This document shows positions 47,635 to 57,642 of a DNA stretch of 64,000 nucleotides, in pieces. Source of the DNA: Planctomycetales bacterium (GTDB lineage: Bacteria > 4484-113); the NCBI GenBank assembly GCA_037441675.1, contig JBBIRS010000002.1:71249-135248 (forward strand). Reading direction: 5' to 3'. The translations under genes were made by a program, and so were the position numbers. How positions within the stretch are numbered: the stretch's first letter is position 1; the number at the start of each line of letters is the position of its first letter. Below the pieces are notes generated by a model. The model was not told the origin of the DNA. It did not search any database and was given only the letters and a program-made list of their open reading frames with translations.

Positions 47635-49047
47635 TCAACCAACAGAACCTTCCATCTCAAGCTGAATTAGCCTGTTAAGCTCAACCGCATACTCAAGAGG
47701 TAGCTCCTTCGTAATAGGCTCAATAAAGCCTGAAATAATCATTGCAATAGCTTCCTCTTTGGGAAGCCCTCTGCTCATGAGGTAAAATATCTGCTCGTCA
47801 TTAAGGCGACTAACGCGCGCCTCGTGCCCAATCTGAGCATACTCCTCTTCAACCTGAATATAGGGGTAAGTGTCAGTTCTAGCATCAGGAGAAAGAAGAA
47901 GAGCATCGCATTCAACATTGCACTTAATACTGCTTGCACCGGGATATGCTTTAACTAACCCGCGATAAGTAGCCCTTCCTGAACCCAAAGAGATGGATTT
48001 AGAAGTAATCCTTCCCTTAGTGTCAGGAGCGGCGTGAACAATCTTGGCGCCGGCATCCTGATGCTGTCCATTACCAGCGAAAGCGATGGATAAGACTTCC
48101 CCTCTAGCGCCGCGACCAACCATATATACCGCTGGATATTTCATAGTAACTTTACTCCCAAGGTTTCCATCCACCCACTCCATCACAGCATCTTCATGGG
48201 CAATAGCACGTTTTGTGACGAGATTGTAAACGTCTGTACTCCAGTTCTGAATAGTCGTGTAACGAACACGCGCATTCTTCTTCACTATAATCTCAACCAC
48301 AGCGGAGTGAAGGGCGTCTGTAGTGTATATTGGGGCGGTGCAACCTTCCACATACTGGACAAAACTCCCTTCGTCCGCGATTATTAAAGTTCTTTCAAAC
48401 TGACCTGCGTGTTTAGAATTTATCCTGAAGTAAGCCTGAAGGGGGATTTCAACGTGCACGCCCGGGGGAACATAGATGAAACTACCTCCACTCCAAACTG
48501 CGGAATTTAGGGCTGCGAATTTGTTATCTTCTATTGGGATTACCGTTCCAAAGTATTCCTTAAAAATGTCAGGATGATGTTTAAGTGCCTCATCAGTGGT
48601 CATAAAAATTACACCCTGTCTTTCTAGGTCAGTTTTGATGCTTGAGTAAACAACTTCAGAATCATACTGAGCTTCAACACCGGCTAAGAACTTTCGCTCA
48701 GCTTCTGGTATTCCCAACTTCTCAAAAGTGTTTCGTATCTTTTCTGGAACATCATCCCAACTTCTTGAGCGCTCAGCCTTGGGTTTCAAGTAGTAGTAAA
48801 TCTCATCAAAATTCAGTGCAGAAAGGTCAGCCCCCCAGGTCGGCAAAGGCTTCTTCCAGAATACTTCAAGAGCCTTAAGTCTAAACTTTCTCATCCAATC
48901 AGGTTCACCCTTAATATCCGAAATCATATTCACGACCTCGCTATCCAAGCCCTTCTTAGGCTTGAACTCGTATTCAACCTCATCAAAAAAACCGTATCTA
49001 TATTCCGCCTTTGCCTTGGCAAGCTCATTCACGTTAACGTTTTCCAC
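47635..49047 (-). CDS. sufB: Fe-S assembly protein SufB
   Basis: [36 protein letters not shown]; no intein. Confidence 0.98.
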   Translation of the reverse strand: MENVNVNELAKAKAEYRYGFFDEVEYEFKPKKGLDSEVVNMISDIKGEPDWMRKFRLKALEVFWKKPLPTWGADLSALNFDEIYYYLKPKAERSRSWDDVPEKIRNTFEKLGIPEAERKFLAGVEAQYDSEVVYSSIKTDLERQGVIFMTTDEALKHHPDIFKEYFGTVIPIEDNKFAALNSAVWSGGSFIYVPPGVHVEIPLQAYFRINSKHAGQFERTLIIADEGSFVQYVEGCTAPIYTTDALHSAVVEIIVKKNARVRYTTIQNWSTDVYNLVTKRAIAHEDAVMEWVDGNLGSKVTMKYPAVYMVGRGARGEVLSIAFAGNGQHQDAGAKIVHAAPDTKGRITSKSISLGSGRATYRGLVKAYPGASSIKCNVECDALLLSPDARTDTYPYIQVEEEYAQIGHEARVSRLNDEQIFYLMSRGLPKEEAIAMIISGFIEPITKELPLEYAVELNRLIQLEMEGSVG

Positions 49048-49086
49048 CTTACTTTTCCTCCTTAAAAGATAATGCTAACTAAGACA

Positions 49087-49830
49087 CTAAGTTACCTCCA
49101 CCTTAAGCTTCACCCACTCGTAACCCTTTTCTTCAAGCTCCACTGCGACCTCGGGACCGCCTTCCATAACGATTCTGCCATCAAGCATTACATGAACGGT
49201 ATCCGGAACAACATAGTTCAGTATCCGCTGATAGTGTGTAATCAATAGCATCCCTCTTTCCGGGCTTCTTAGTTCATTGATATTTTCAGCAACAATTTTC
49301 AGAGCATCAATATCAAGACCACTGTCCGGTTCGTCTAGAATCGTCAACTTCGGCTGAAATACCGCCATCTGTAAGGTTTCACTCCTCTTCTTTTCTCCGC
49401 CTGAAAATCCCTCATGAAGGGGACGCAACACAAAATCTTCTGGCAGTTTCAGTTTCTTCAGGGTTTCTTGAAGAAGCCCATAGTATTCAAGAACAGGAAC
49501 CTCCTCGCCACGTATCTCGTTCATTGCAGTGCGGATAAAATTTGCTATCGTAACGCCTGAAATTTCCGGTGGATATTGAAATGCCATAAACATGCCCATG
49601 CGCGCCCGCTCATCTGGTGTTAGAGTTAAAACGTCTTCGCCAAGAAACTTGATTGAACCCTCAGTGACTATGAGGGCTGGGTCACCTGCTAAAACCTTTG
49701 CAAGAGTGCTTTTGCCACTGCCGTTTGGCCCCATCAGCGCGTGAACCTCGCCCGCCCTAACAGTTAGTGTTATCCCTTTCAAAATCTCAACATCCTCAGT
49801 TCCTGCATGAAGATTGGTAATCTCTAACAT
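49087..49830 (-). CDS. sufC: Fe-S assembly ATPase SufC
   Basis: GPNGSGKST, FQYPPEI, GFSGGEKKR, DSGLDIDAL, THYQRIL. Confidence 0.97.
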   Translation of the reverse strand: MLEITNLHAGTEDVEILKGITLTVRAGEVHALMGPNGSGKSTLAKVLAGDPALIVTEGSIKFLGEDVLTLTPDERARMGMFMAFQYPPEISGVTIANFIRTAMNEIRGEEVPVLEYYGLLQETLKKLKLPEDFVLRPLHEGFSGGEKKRSETLQMAVFQPKLTILDEPDSGLDIDALKIVAENINELRSPERGMLLITHYQRILNYVVPDTVHVMLDGRIVMEGGPEVAVELEEKGYEWVKLKVEVT

Positions 49831-50391
49831 CTATGAAAGTTCCTCCTTTGATAAACCAAGCTCGTGAGAATCTATGTGATTTAACTGCCACGCATAGAAA
49901 AGAAGTGGGTCAAAGGGTTTCTCCGAGACGTGCTCACAGGCGGTACAGACATCTTCCGCCGGTCTATCCGGACACACTTTACAAGCTTCAATGTGGGCTA
50001 GGAAAGCGCTCAACTTTCTCTCAACTTCCTTCAACCCTCTAATCTTTGCTTGAATTTCTTCACGCCTCCCAGCAAGATAAATGCTAAGTAAGCTGTACCT
50101 CTCCCAACCGCTCTTAGCGGCAACCCAGAATTTCATCACCTTTGAGATTTCCTTGAGAGTGAAACCAGCCTCCATCAGCTCACGAATCATCCTAATTGAT
50201 TCGACAACTTCACTAGAGTAAAGCCTGAACTTACCATCAGACCTGGAAGATGGCTGAATTAAGCCTAACTCTTCGTAATACCTAAGAGTCCGAGCAGTAG
50301 TTTTCGTAAGCTCTGCTATCTCTCCAATTTTGAGTAGAACGCCTTCGCCCTTTCGCACGCTTTTCAGTTTGTTCCTTGGCTTAATTGCCAT
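49831..50391 (-). CDS. MerR-family transcriptional regulator with C-terminal CxxC-x8-CxxC; first gene of the suf operon
   Basis: KIGEIA..TTARTLRYYEELGLI..RLY HTH; CKVCPDRPAEDVCTAC; stop codon directly abuts the sufC ATG. Confidence 0.92.
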   Translation of the reverse strand: MAIKPRNKLKSVRKGEGVLLKIGEIAELTKTTARTLRYYEELGLIQPSSRSDGKFRLYSSEVVESIRMIRELMEAGFTLKEISKVMKFWVAAKSGWERYSLLSIYLAGRREEIQAKIRGLKEVERKLSAFLAHIEACKVCPDRPAEDVCTACEHVSEKPFDPLLFYAWQLNHIDSHELGLSKEELS

Positions 50392-50472
50392 CTTATTTAT
50401 CCTTCAAGTTTACCCTTGCCTGCTTTAAGATTGTTCTTTTTCAATAAAACTTTAGAACTACCGAGCAGTAAA

Positions 50473-50504
50473 ACTGTATCATACTTTAACGTTTGCGTCA
50501 ATGT
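50473..50504 (-). promoter_or_regulatory. Putative sigma70 promoter of merR-suf overlapped by a MerR-type dyad
   Basis: On the minus strand TTGACG-17 nt-TACAGT with TGn extension; imperfect palindrome ACTTTAACGTTTGCGTCAATGT at 50483-50504 (14 of 22 positions symmetric). Confidence 0.55.
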
Positions 50505-50578
50505 TAACTAATACTGTTATCCCATTTTTTTCAATCTTCATTTTGGAATAAGGAAATTTTTACGCTTAACCTTTAATA

Positions 50579-50643
50579 TTGAACAAATATTCCTTAATAT
50601 GCTACTATATATATTAGTAGATTGTATATCAATCTATTAATAT
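50579..50643 (+). promoter_or_regulatory. Putative promoter plus downstream dyad operator for the His/Met-rich gene
   Basis: TTGAAC-18 nt-TACTAT with TGn; dyad ATATTAGTAGATTG-tatat-CAATCTATTAATAT at 50611-50643 (13 of 14 arm match). Confidence 0.55.
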
Positions 50644-50670
50644 TTTCTATTGAATTAGGAGGTATCAAAA

Positions 50671-51216
50671 ATGTTTGTTTTTAAGAGATTGAATTTTGGT
50701 GGAGGATTGTTGTTAACATTCCTAACGTTAACCGCAGTAAGCATTTTGAGCATAGCGGTTTCTTCAGCCTTAAATTCACAAGTTGGTCACGAAGCGAGCC
50801 TAATGATGAGTGCGGATTCTAGCCATACTTCCCACCATGAATCGACACCATTGGCAAGCGATACGGATTCACTGGTAAGCGATTTAATGGCTCTACTACA
50901 TTCAGCCCACAAGGGAGCGAAGTGTGACATGATGAAGGACGGACAGATGCAATGTGAAATGATGGGAAGTCCAGACAACAACAAAGATAATTCCAGCTCA
51001 CACGCATCCCATCATTCAAGCTCTCCCAAAAATACCGATAACTCTGGGAACTCAATGATGATGACAGGCTCCCCTCAGACGCACAAACAGTGCTTTGCGA
51101 AGCTTATAGAGATTGCGGAGAATTCGCCAAAAAAGCATGCGGAGATTCGCAAGCATCTTAAGGAGGCAACAAGGTTGATAGAAGAGCTCTGGAAAGAGCA
51201 AGCTGGCATTAGCTAA
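50671..51216 (+). CDS. Secreted His/Met/Ser-rich putative metal-binding protein
   Basis: AGGAGG SD; signal peptide; SHTSHH, CDMMKDGQMQCEMM, SHASHH, SMMMT. Confidence 0.7.
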   Translation: MFVFKRLNFGGGLLLTFLTLTAVSILSIAVSSALNSQVGHEASLMMSADSSHTSHHESTPLASDTDSLVSDLMALLHSAHKGAKCDMMKDGQMQCEMMGSPDNNKDNSSSHASHHSSSPKNTDNSGNSMMMTGSPQTHKQCFAKLIEIAENSPKKHAEIRKHLKEATRLIEELWKEQAGIS

Positions 51217-51247
51217 TACAAAATTCTAGAGTAACAAGACCATTCAA

Positions 51248-51300
51248 AGAATCGGCGGAGACTTCTCGGGTATCTTCATCACGAAGAATCCGCCGATTCT
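51248..51300. terminator. Hairpin between convergent genes, probable terminator
   Basis: AGAATCGGCGGA (51248-51259) pairs perfectly with TCCGCCGATTCT (51289-51300), with imperfect inner pairing. Confidence 0.6.
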
Positions 51301-51444
51301 ACTTAAATTGAAATTCATCCATTTGACAAAGCCAGAATGGAGCTTTAACTTTCGCATAAACCTCGTTTGAGTTGCAAAACCTTGAAAATAACTTCCCCCA
51401 ACCTATCTCTAAACTTTACAGCACGTTCAGAGAGGCTTTTCTTT

Positions 51445-52761
51445 TCAAATGCCTTTAAGTTTTTGCCAGGCATATCTTTTCCCAAGTTCCACAGCGGGCT
51501 CATCAAAAACATTCACATTGAGAAACCTGCCAAGAAGGCTAACACTTACCATCCAAAATAGGAGAAATTCGCCAATTACCTCACCATAAATACTTGGGAA
51601 TAGAAGGGAATAGTAGGGTCTTTTACGCTCACGAACCGCACTGAAAGTTCCTGCAAGCTCAGCTTCCTTTACCTCATCTAAGCTTTTGCCTTTAATGAAC
51701 TTGAATTCTTCTAGAGCCTTGGGGAAGTATTTTAAGACCTTTGCTTCAAACGCAAGTTCCTCTGAAGCTACCGAGACGAAACAAGTTACCTTATCTGGTG
51801 AACCATCCAGCAAGAGTTGTAACAAACTATGTTGGTCTGCTGGACCCTTTGCCTTTATTGGAGTAATACCCACACTTGCTTCACTTCCACTGACTACGCT
51901 TCTTTTGCCTAAACTTTCAGCGATGAGTTGAACCCACCAATCGCCAAACCCTTCAAGGGCTTCAGAATAGGTCATTAACACGTGACCAAAAACATTTCTC
52001 TTTTCATAAAGAAGGTAGGTTAAAGATGAGAGGCGAAGAGCTGGATTTTCCCAATATTTATCGAGAAGAAGACCCGCTCGTGCGTCGTGTGCGCCCTGTA
52101 GAATCGCCTCTGCCTCTAATCCAATAAACAAAAGCGGGAAAAAGGATACTGAAGTGAAAACGGAGTATCTTCCACCTACATCCTCCGGTATTGGTAGAAG
52201 CTCGTAATCATTCTCAAGGGCAAGTTTGTAAAGTGGACCTTTACCAATTGAGGTTGTGATAACGACTGATACGTTCTGCGATTTTAATTCTTCAAGAAGA
52301 ATAGACGCGTGAGCAATAACTTCTAGTGTTGTTCCTGACTTGCTAACAAGGTTTAACACAACCCTCTCACCTGTGCTATGGAACAGAGTTTCACGTAGAA
52401 GAGCGTTGTCAACGTTATCAAGGATAATTAGCTTCTTTCCACCTCTTTCATACGTGCATCTGCCGATGGGGTTAGAAAAAGCGGAGAGAACCGCTCGCGT
52501 GCCAAGAGTGCTCCCCCCCATACCTACAACCACAAGGACATCGTAATCTATATACCTTTTAGCAAGTTCCTCGCATAGGGTTAAGTCTCCATATCTTGAC
52601 TTGGTGTCAAGCCAACCAATTGGGAAGCCCTCCCTGTTTTGTAAGAGTAAAGAGGCGGTCTGGGGAAATCTACTTAGAAGTCCCTCAATTTCCTGCTGTG
52701 TAACACCTCTTTCGCCAATAGATTCTTCTAACAGACCATCAAAAGAGTATGTTATTCCCAT
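51445..52761 (-). CDS. pgi: Glucose-6-phosphate isomerase
   Basis: GMGGSTLG, SKSGTTLE, VGGRYSV, QLIAESLGK, DQHS, FDEPAVELGK. Confidence 0.92.
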   Translation of the reverse strand: MGITYSFDGLLEESIGERGVTQQEIEGLLSRFPQTASLLLQNREGFPIGWLDTKSRYGDLTLCEELAKRYIDYDVLVVVGMGGSTLGTRAVLSAFSNPIGRCTYERGGKKLIILDNVDNALLRETLFHSTGERVVLNLVSKSGTTLEVIAHASILLEELKSQNVSVVITTSIGKGPLYKLALENDYELLPIPEDVGGRYSVFTSVSFFPLLFIGLEAEAILQGAHDARAGLLLDKYWENPALRLSSLTYLLYEKRNVFGHVLMTYSEALEGFGDWWVQLIAESLGKRSVVSGSEASVGITPIKAKGPADQHSLLQLLLDGSPDKVTCFVSVASEELAFEAKVLKYFPKALEEFKFIKGKSLDEVKEAELAGTFSAVRERKRPYYSLLFPSIYGEVIGEFLLFWMVSVSLLGRFLNVNVFDEPAVELGKRYAWQKLKGI

Positions 52762-52818
52762 ACTTGGACTATACCAAAATAACAGAAGGTTTCCACGGAA
52801 AACGAAGAATTATATTGA

Positions 52819-53835
52819 TTAAAGTCCTTTTCTCGCCATATAGGTCATTAAATCAGCGCATCTATAAGAATATCCCCATTCATTATCATACCAAGCCAGA
52901 ACTCTTATAAGAGTACCCTCTATCACTGAAGTGTAAGTAGCATCGATGACTGCACTACAAGTTTCACCCTTATAGTCCACACTAACAAGAAGCTTGTTAT
53001 TAACACGAATGATGTTTTTCAACTCGTTTTCGCTAGCCATCACAAAGGCTGAGTTAACTTCTTCAGCGTTAGTAGCCCTTTCAACCTCACAAACTAGGTC
53101 AATTAAGCTCACCGTCGCAGTAGGCACCCTTAAGGCAATTCCATCAAGCTTGCCCTTAAGTTCCGGGATAATTAAATGGATTGTGCCTGCAGCACCAGTG
53201 GTTGTAGGAATTATGGAAACCTCCGCAGCACGAGCGCGCCTTAGGTCTTTATGCGGTTGGTCCAAAGTGGTTTGATCATTTGTCAATGAATGAACAGTCG
53301 TCATAAACCCGCGCTTTACCACGAATTTATCCTGCAACACTTTCACAATCGGAGCTAAGCAGTTAGTTGTACAGGAAGCGTTACTTACTATAAAATCTGT
53401 CTGAGGATCGTACTCCTCGTGGTTTACCCCGAAAACAATGGTTTTTACACCTTCGCCTTTTGCAGGAGCGGATAGAACAACTCTCTTAGCTCCTGCCTTG
53501 AGGTGCTTCTCTGCACCCTCTTTATTTCTGAACTTACCAGAGCTCTCTAAAACTATATCAATGCCAAGCTCTGCCCAAGGTAGAGACAACGGATCAGGCT
53601 CCTCAAGCGTAATAATTCTCTTTCCCTTAATTAAGAAATCATCTTCTACAACCTGAATCCCACCTTGAAAGCGTCCATATGTGGAGTCATATTCAAACAA
53701 GTGGGCAAGTGTGAGATTATCACTAATGTCATTTACTGCAACAAGCTCCAAATCATTGAACGAATAAGTATGAAGGATTCTTGTAAAAAGTCTGCCGATT
53801 CGTCCAAAACCGTTAACCGCAACCCTTACTGGCAT
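52819..53835 (-). CDS. gap: Type I glyceraldehyde-3-phosphate dehydrogenase
   Basis: NGFGRIGR, SNASCTTNCLAP, WYDNEWGYS. Confidence 0.97.
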   Translation of the reverse strand: MPVRVAVNGFGRIGRLFTRILHTYSFNDLELVAVNDISDNLTLAHLFEYDSTYGRFQGGIQVVEDDFLIKGKRIITLEEPDPLSLPWAELGIDIVLESSGKFRNKEGAEKHLKAGAKRVVLSAPAKGEGVKTIVFGVNHEEYDPQTDFIVSNASCTTNCLAPIVKVLQDKFVVKRGFMTTVHSLTNDQTTLDQPHKDLRRARAAEVSIIPTTTGAAGTIHLIIPELKGKLDGIALRVPTATVSLIDLVCEVERATNAEEVNSAFVMASENELKNIIRVNNKLLVSVDYKGETCSAVIDATYTSVIEGTLIRVLAWYDNEWGYSYRCADLMTYMARKGL

Positions 53836-53889
53836 AAGGAACGATCCTTCTCACTCCTAATACGTTTATACGTGAAATATATCACAAGA

Positions 53890-55374
53890 TTATAGATTTA
53901 ACAAGTATTTTAACTTTTCTTCAACCATAATGGGATTTGCTCTACCACCTGTCTCTTTCATCACTGCTCCTACCAATACTTTTAGGGCTTGTACTTTACC
54001 TCTTCTTATATCATTAACCGCCTTGCTATTCTCCTCAATTACTTTACCGCAAATTCTTGTCATCTCTTCATCATCAAGGGTTTTCCCAAACCCTAGTTCT
54101 TCAATTGCCTCTTGGACGCTTTTCCCGCTCTTAGCGCACAATGCGAGAACCTTCCTGGCTTGGGCGGTAGTAACCGCCCCCTGCTTCTTGATTTGGATTA
54201 ATTCTGCAATTATGTTTGGTGAGAGCCGAACATCCAAAGTTTCCGAAAGTGGCTTATACTCTTGAAGAAGCCAAATGATTGTCTCCTTTAAGTCTCTAGT
54301 TATCTGGTAAACCTCAGAAAGAAGCTCGAGATATTCCGGATTTAATGCGAAAAGTTTCGCATCCGAGGTTGAAAGGAATAGTGTGGATACTAGAAATTCC
54401 ATTTGGCGCGCAGTGCCTGCAGGGAAAATCAGTTCTCTTCCATCCCAGTTGAGTTTGCGCTGGTATTTTTCTGCTTCTCTCCGTGCCATCTCAATTTGTT
54501 CATCTGTTATCACAAGTGGGGGCAGATCTGGTTCATCAAAGTAACGATAATCCGCTTGAGTCTCCTTCATTCTCATGGGAACTGTCTTCTGCAAGTGTTC
54601 ATCCCAGCGCATTGTTTCTCTCTCCACCTTTTCTCCGCTTTCCCACACTTCCGTTTGCCTTTGAATTTCATACTCTAAAGCCTTGATCAAAGTCCCGAAA
54701 GAATTTAGATTCTTGATTTCCGTCTTAGTTAGAAGCTTTGTTGAACCTAAAGGACGAACGCTAATATTAGGTTCACAGCGGAAGTTTCCCTCCTCCATGT
54801 TAGCCTCTGAAATTTCGAGTTCACGCAGAATAAAACGAAGCTCCTCCAAGAAGGCGACAACTTCCCTTGGCGAAGTGAAAACTGGCTCTGTTACAATTTC
54901 TAAGAGAGGAATTCCAGCTCGGTTGAAGTCTAGAAAGTTGGTTCCATCTTCAAGGTAGAAAATCTTTGCGGTATCTTCCTCTAGATGAGCTCTTTCCAAA
55001 GGCGCTTTCTTCAGTTGCCCTTCATAAAAATATTCAACCTCGCCACCGGTAAGCAAAGGCGTGTGATATTGAGTTATTTGGTATCCTTTAGGCAAATCAG
55101 GATAAAAGTAATTCTTACGTGCAAAGATGGAACGCTTAGCGATATTGCAGTTAAGTCGGATACCTAGAAGAAGCGTATTTCGCACACTCTCAGAGTTAAG
55201 AACTGGAAGCACCCCTGGATGTCCAAGGCATATGGGGCATGTAAATTTATTAGCATCAGATATTTCGCGAGTATTAACAGCTGGACATGAGCAGAACTGT
55301 TTTCTTTTGGATTGAATCTGGACGTGAATTTCTACTCCAATTACAGCCTGATAACCTCTCATATCAATACTCAA
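53890..55374 (-). CDS. gatB: Asp/Glu-tRNA amidotransferase subunit B
   Basis: IGVEIH, RKNYFYPDLPKGYQI, HLEED, NRAGIPLLEIV, EIKNLNS, DYRYF. Confidence 0.97.
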   Translation of the reverse strand: MSIDMRGYQAVIGVEIHVQIQSKRKQFCSCPAVNTREISDANKFTCPICLGHPGVLPVLNSESVRNTLLLGIRLNCNIAKRSIFARKNYFYPDLPKGYQITQYHTPLLTGGEVEYFYEGQLKKAPLERAHLEEDTAKIFYLEDGTNFLDFNRAGIPLLEIVTEPVFTSPREVVAFLEELRFILRELEISEANMEEGNFRCEPNISVRPLGSTKLLTKTEIKNLNSFGTLIKALEYEIQRQTEVWESGEKVERETMRWDEHLQKTVPMRMKETQADYRYFDEPDLPPLVITDEQIEMARREAEKYQRKLNWDGRELIFPAGTARQMEFLVSTLFLSTSDAKLFALNPEYLELLSEVYQITRDLKETIIWLLQEYKPLSETLDVRLSPNIIAELIQIKKQGAVTTAQARKVLALCAKSGKSVQEAIEELGFGKTLDDEEMTRICGKVIEENSKAVNDIRRGKVQALKVLVGAVMKETGGRANPIMVEEKLKYLLNL

Positions 55375-56869
55375 AATTATTTAGTGCCTCTTCTACCATT
55401 GGGGGAACCCTGAACCTTAAGCTTGCAGAGACTTCATAAGCCCTCGCAAAGGCAAGAAGCCTCGCATCCTCTCCTCTTCTACCCATAAACTGGATGCCGA
55501 CGGGTAAAGCCTCTTTGTTAAGCCACCCGGGAACTGAAATAGAAGGAATATTGGCAAGATTAGCTAAAACCACACACACATCGCTTGCCCACATTTTTAC
55601 GGGGTCGTCAAGTTTTTCACCGAGCTTAAACGCGGGGGTTGGGGATGTGGGAGCAAAGAGAAAATCCACCTCACCAAAAATTTCATCAATAGAATCCACT
55701 ATTATCTTTCTTAATTGACGTGCCTGATTGTAATACTTTTCCGCATAGCCAGCGGACAAAACGTAAGTTCCTAACAGAATTCGGCGTTTCACCTCTTGCC
55801 CAAAACCAACTCCTCTCACTTCATAGTACTGCTCCTTCAGGTTCCTCCTTGGAGCTTCATCCACCCCTAAACCATAACGAATACCATCGTAGCGAGCCAA
55901 GTTTGAAGATGCTTCAGCGCTAGTGAGAATGTAGTAACAGGGTAGAAGATAATCAATGAAAGGAAGTTCCACCGATACAATTTCAACACCTGCACCAGCG
56001 AGTATCCTCAAGCTCTCCTCGCAAAGCTCAAGAACCTCAGCATCAATTACCTGCTCATTCATTAGCCCCGAAATTACACCAAGCCTTAAGCCTTCTGTAT
56101 TAGTGTTACCCTCAATGAAGCAGACGAAATCAATATCGCCAGTCGCAATGCAGGTAGCATCCAGTGGGTCAGGTTTGGATAAAGTGTTCATAGCATAGGC
56201 TATATCTAAGACGTCTCTTGTGAAGATACCTACCTGGTCAAGGCTACTGGCGTAGGCTATCAGCCCGAAACGAGAAAGCATTCCGTAGGTGGGTCTAAAA
56301 CCAAAAACACCGCAGAAAGAAGCCGGTTGGCGAACACTGCCTCCAGTGTCAGTGCCAAGTCCAACAAAAGCTTGAAGTGCTGCGACTGATGACGCTCCGC
56401 CACCAGAGGACCCCCCGGGAACGCGAGTAGTATCCCATGGATTAAGGGTAGGGTAATATCCACTATTCTCGGTAGAGCTTCCCATTGCAAACTCGTCAAG
56501 GTTCGTCTTCCCCACAATAAAGTTATTAGTCTCCTTTAGAATTGAGACTACGGTCGCATCGTATGGAGGCAGATAGCCTTCTAATATCTTGCTCCCAGCG
56601 GTAGTTGTGAAATCCTTCGTTGCGAGAATATCTTTAACCGATACTGGAACTGATGAAAGAAGATTATCCGCATTCTTATATGGCACTTTACCTACTTCTT
56701 CATCTACTACTGATCGAAGAGATAGAAAACTATTAATTCTTGGCTCTATTTTTCGCGCAAAAGCCAGCTGAAGTTCAAACAGTTCAAAGGGAGTTAACTC
56801 GCTACGCGCGTATAATTTCATCAACTCATGCGCAGTTAAAGAAAGCATATGCTTCATCAGCAGCACCAA
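55364..56869 (-). CDS. gatA: Asp/Glu-tRNA amidotransferase subunit A
   Basis: GKTNLDEFAMGSS, PGGSSGG, GTDTGGSVRQP, SSNLARYDG. Confidence 0.97.
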   Translation of the reverse strand: MVLLMKHMLSLTAHELMKLYARSELTPFELFELQLAFARKIEPRINSFLSLRSVVDEEVGKVPYKNADNLLSSVPVSVKDILATKDFTTTAGSKILEGYLPPYDATVVSILKETNNFIVGKTNLDEFAMGSSTENSGYYPTLNPWDTTRVPGGSSGGGASSVAALQAFVGLGTDTGGSVRQPASFCGVFGFRPTYGMLSRFGLIAYASSLDQVGIFTRDVLDIAYAMNTLSKPDPLDATCIATGDIDFVCFIEGNTNTEGLRLGVISGLMNEQVIDAEVLELCEESLRILAGAGVEIVSVELPFIDYLLPCYYILTSAEASSNLARYDGIRYGLGVDEAPRRNLKEQYYEVRGVGFGQEVKRRILLGTYVLSAGYAEKYYNQARQLRKIIVDSIDEIFGEVDFLFAPTSPTPAFKLGEKLDDPVKMWASDVCVVLANLANIPSISVPGWLNKEALPVGIQFMGRRGEDARLLAFARAYEVSASLRFRVPPMVEEALNNFEY

Positions 56870-56872
56870 TAT

Positions 56873-57139
56873 TTACTGTTCAAATAGCTTTCCTATACGA
56901 TAATCGTGTCTAAAGTTAATTGGAAATTGAAATTCAATTGGGACATCTTCGCTAGTATGTTGGGATTCTTTACTAACAAGGGGAAGAATCTTCTGCGATG
57001 GCAGATTCAAGGATTTCACTTTTTCCACGAAATCCAATATCCTGGAAAAAGCGTGAGCGAATTGCTCCCTCTCCTCTTCTAAAAGAGATACTCTTGATAA
57101 AGCGCACAGCGTATCTAGAAGTTCAGAAATATCATTCAT
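56873..57139 (-). CDS. gatC: Asp/Glu-tRNA amidotransferase subunit C
   Basis: LSRVSLLEEERE..FSRILDFVEKV; position immediately before gatA. Confidence 0.8.
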   Translation of the reverse strand: MNDISELLDTLCALSRVSLLEEEREQFAHAFSRILDFVEKVKSLNLPSQKILPLVSKESQHTSEDVPIEFQFPINFRHDYRIGKLFEQ

Positions 57140-57288
57140 ACAACCTACTGGATTATACCAGTAGAAAGGTTATTGTGGGAAAAAGTTGGGATTAAAGGAA
57201 GAGCTAAAATTTACGAAAGGGGCTCTCAGGTTTGGAATTGAGTTATTTCGGCAAAATTTATAGATAGCAACTTCTTAACTGCGTTTAT

Positions 57289-57618
57289 CTAAAGCGTTTG
57301 CTCTAGGACAACCTGGCCACCTGGGTCCATTGTAACTTCCTGCTCCTTTCCTTCAAACGGCTTGTCATCCCGATCCAGGTACATCACGGTGTAGGTTCCA
57401 GGTGGTATAACGTTTCTAGTATACCAAGTTCCATCAATATCACTAGTTCCTTCCCAAACTACTTTACCCTTCTTGTCTATAACCTTAATTCTTACGGATG
57501 CCCATCTCCCTGAAGCGTAACTTACCCTGCCGGTTATCTCACCTGGAGCTTGCTCGCAGGAGATAAGGAGCATTAATCCAAGCGATAAGAAGAACCATAG
57601 ATAATGTCTTTGAAACAT
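57289..57618 (-). CDS. Small lipoprotein with a carboxypeptidase-regulatory-like (prealbumin-fold) domain
   Basis: Lipobox LISC; GEITGRV...SDIDGTW...IPPGTYTV. Confidence 0.7.
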   Translation of the reverse strand: MFQRHYLWFFLSLGLMLLISCEQAPGEITGRVSYASGRWASVRIKVIDKKGKVVWEGTSDIDGTWYTRNVIPPGTYTVMYLDRDDKPFEGKEQEVTMDPGGQVVLEQTL

Positions 57619-57642
57619 CTCATTAAACTCCTTATTGCAATG

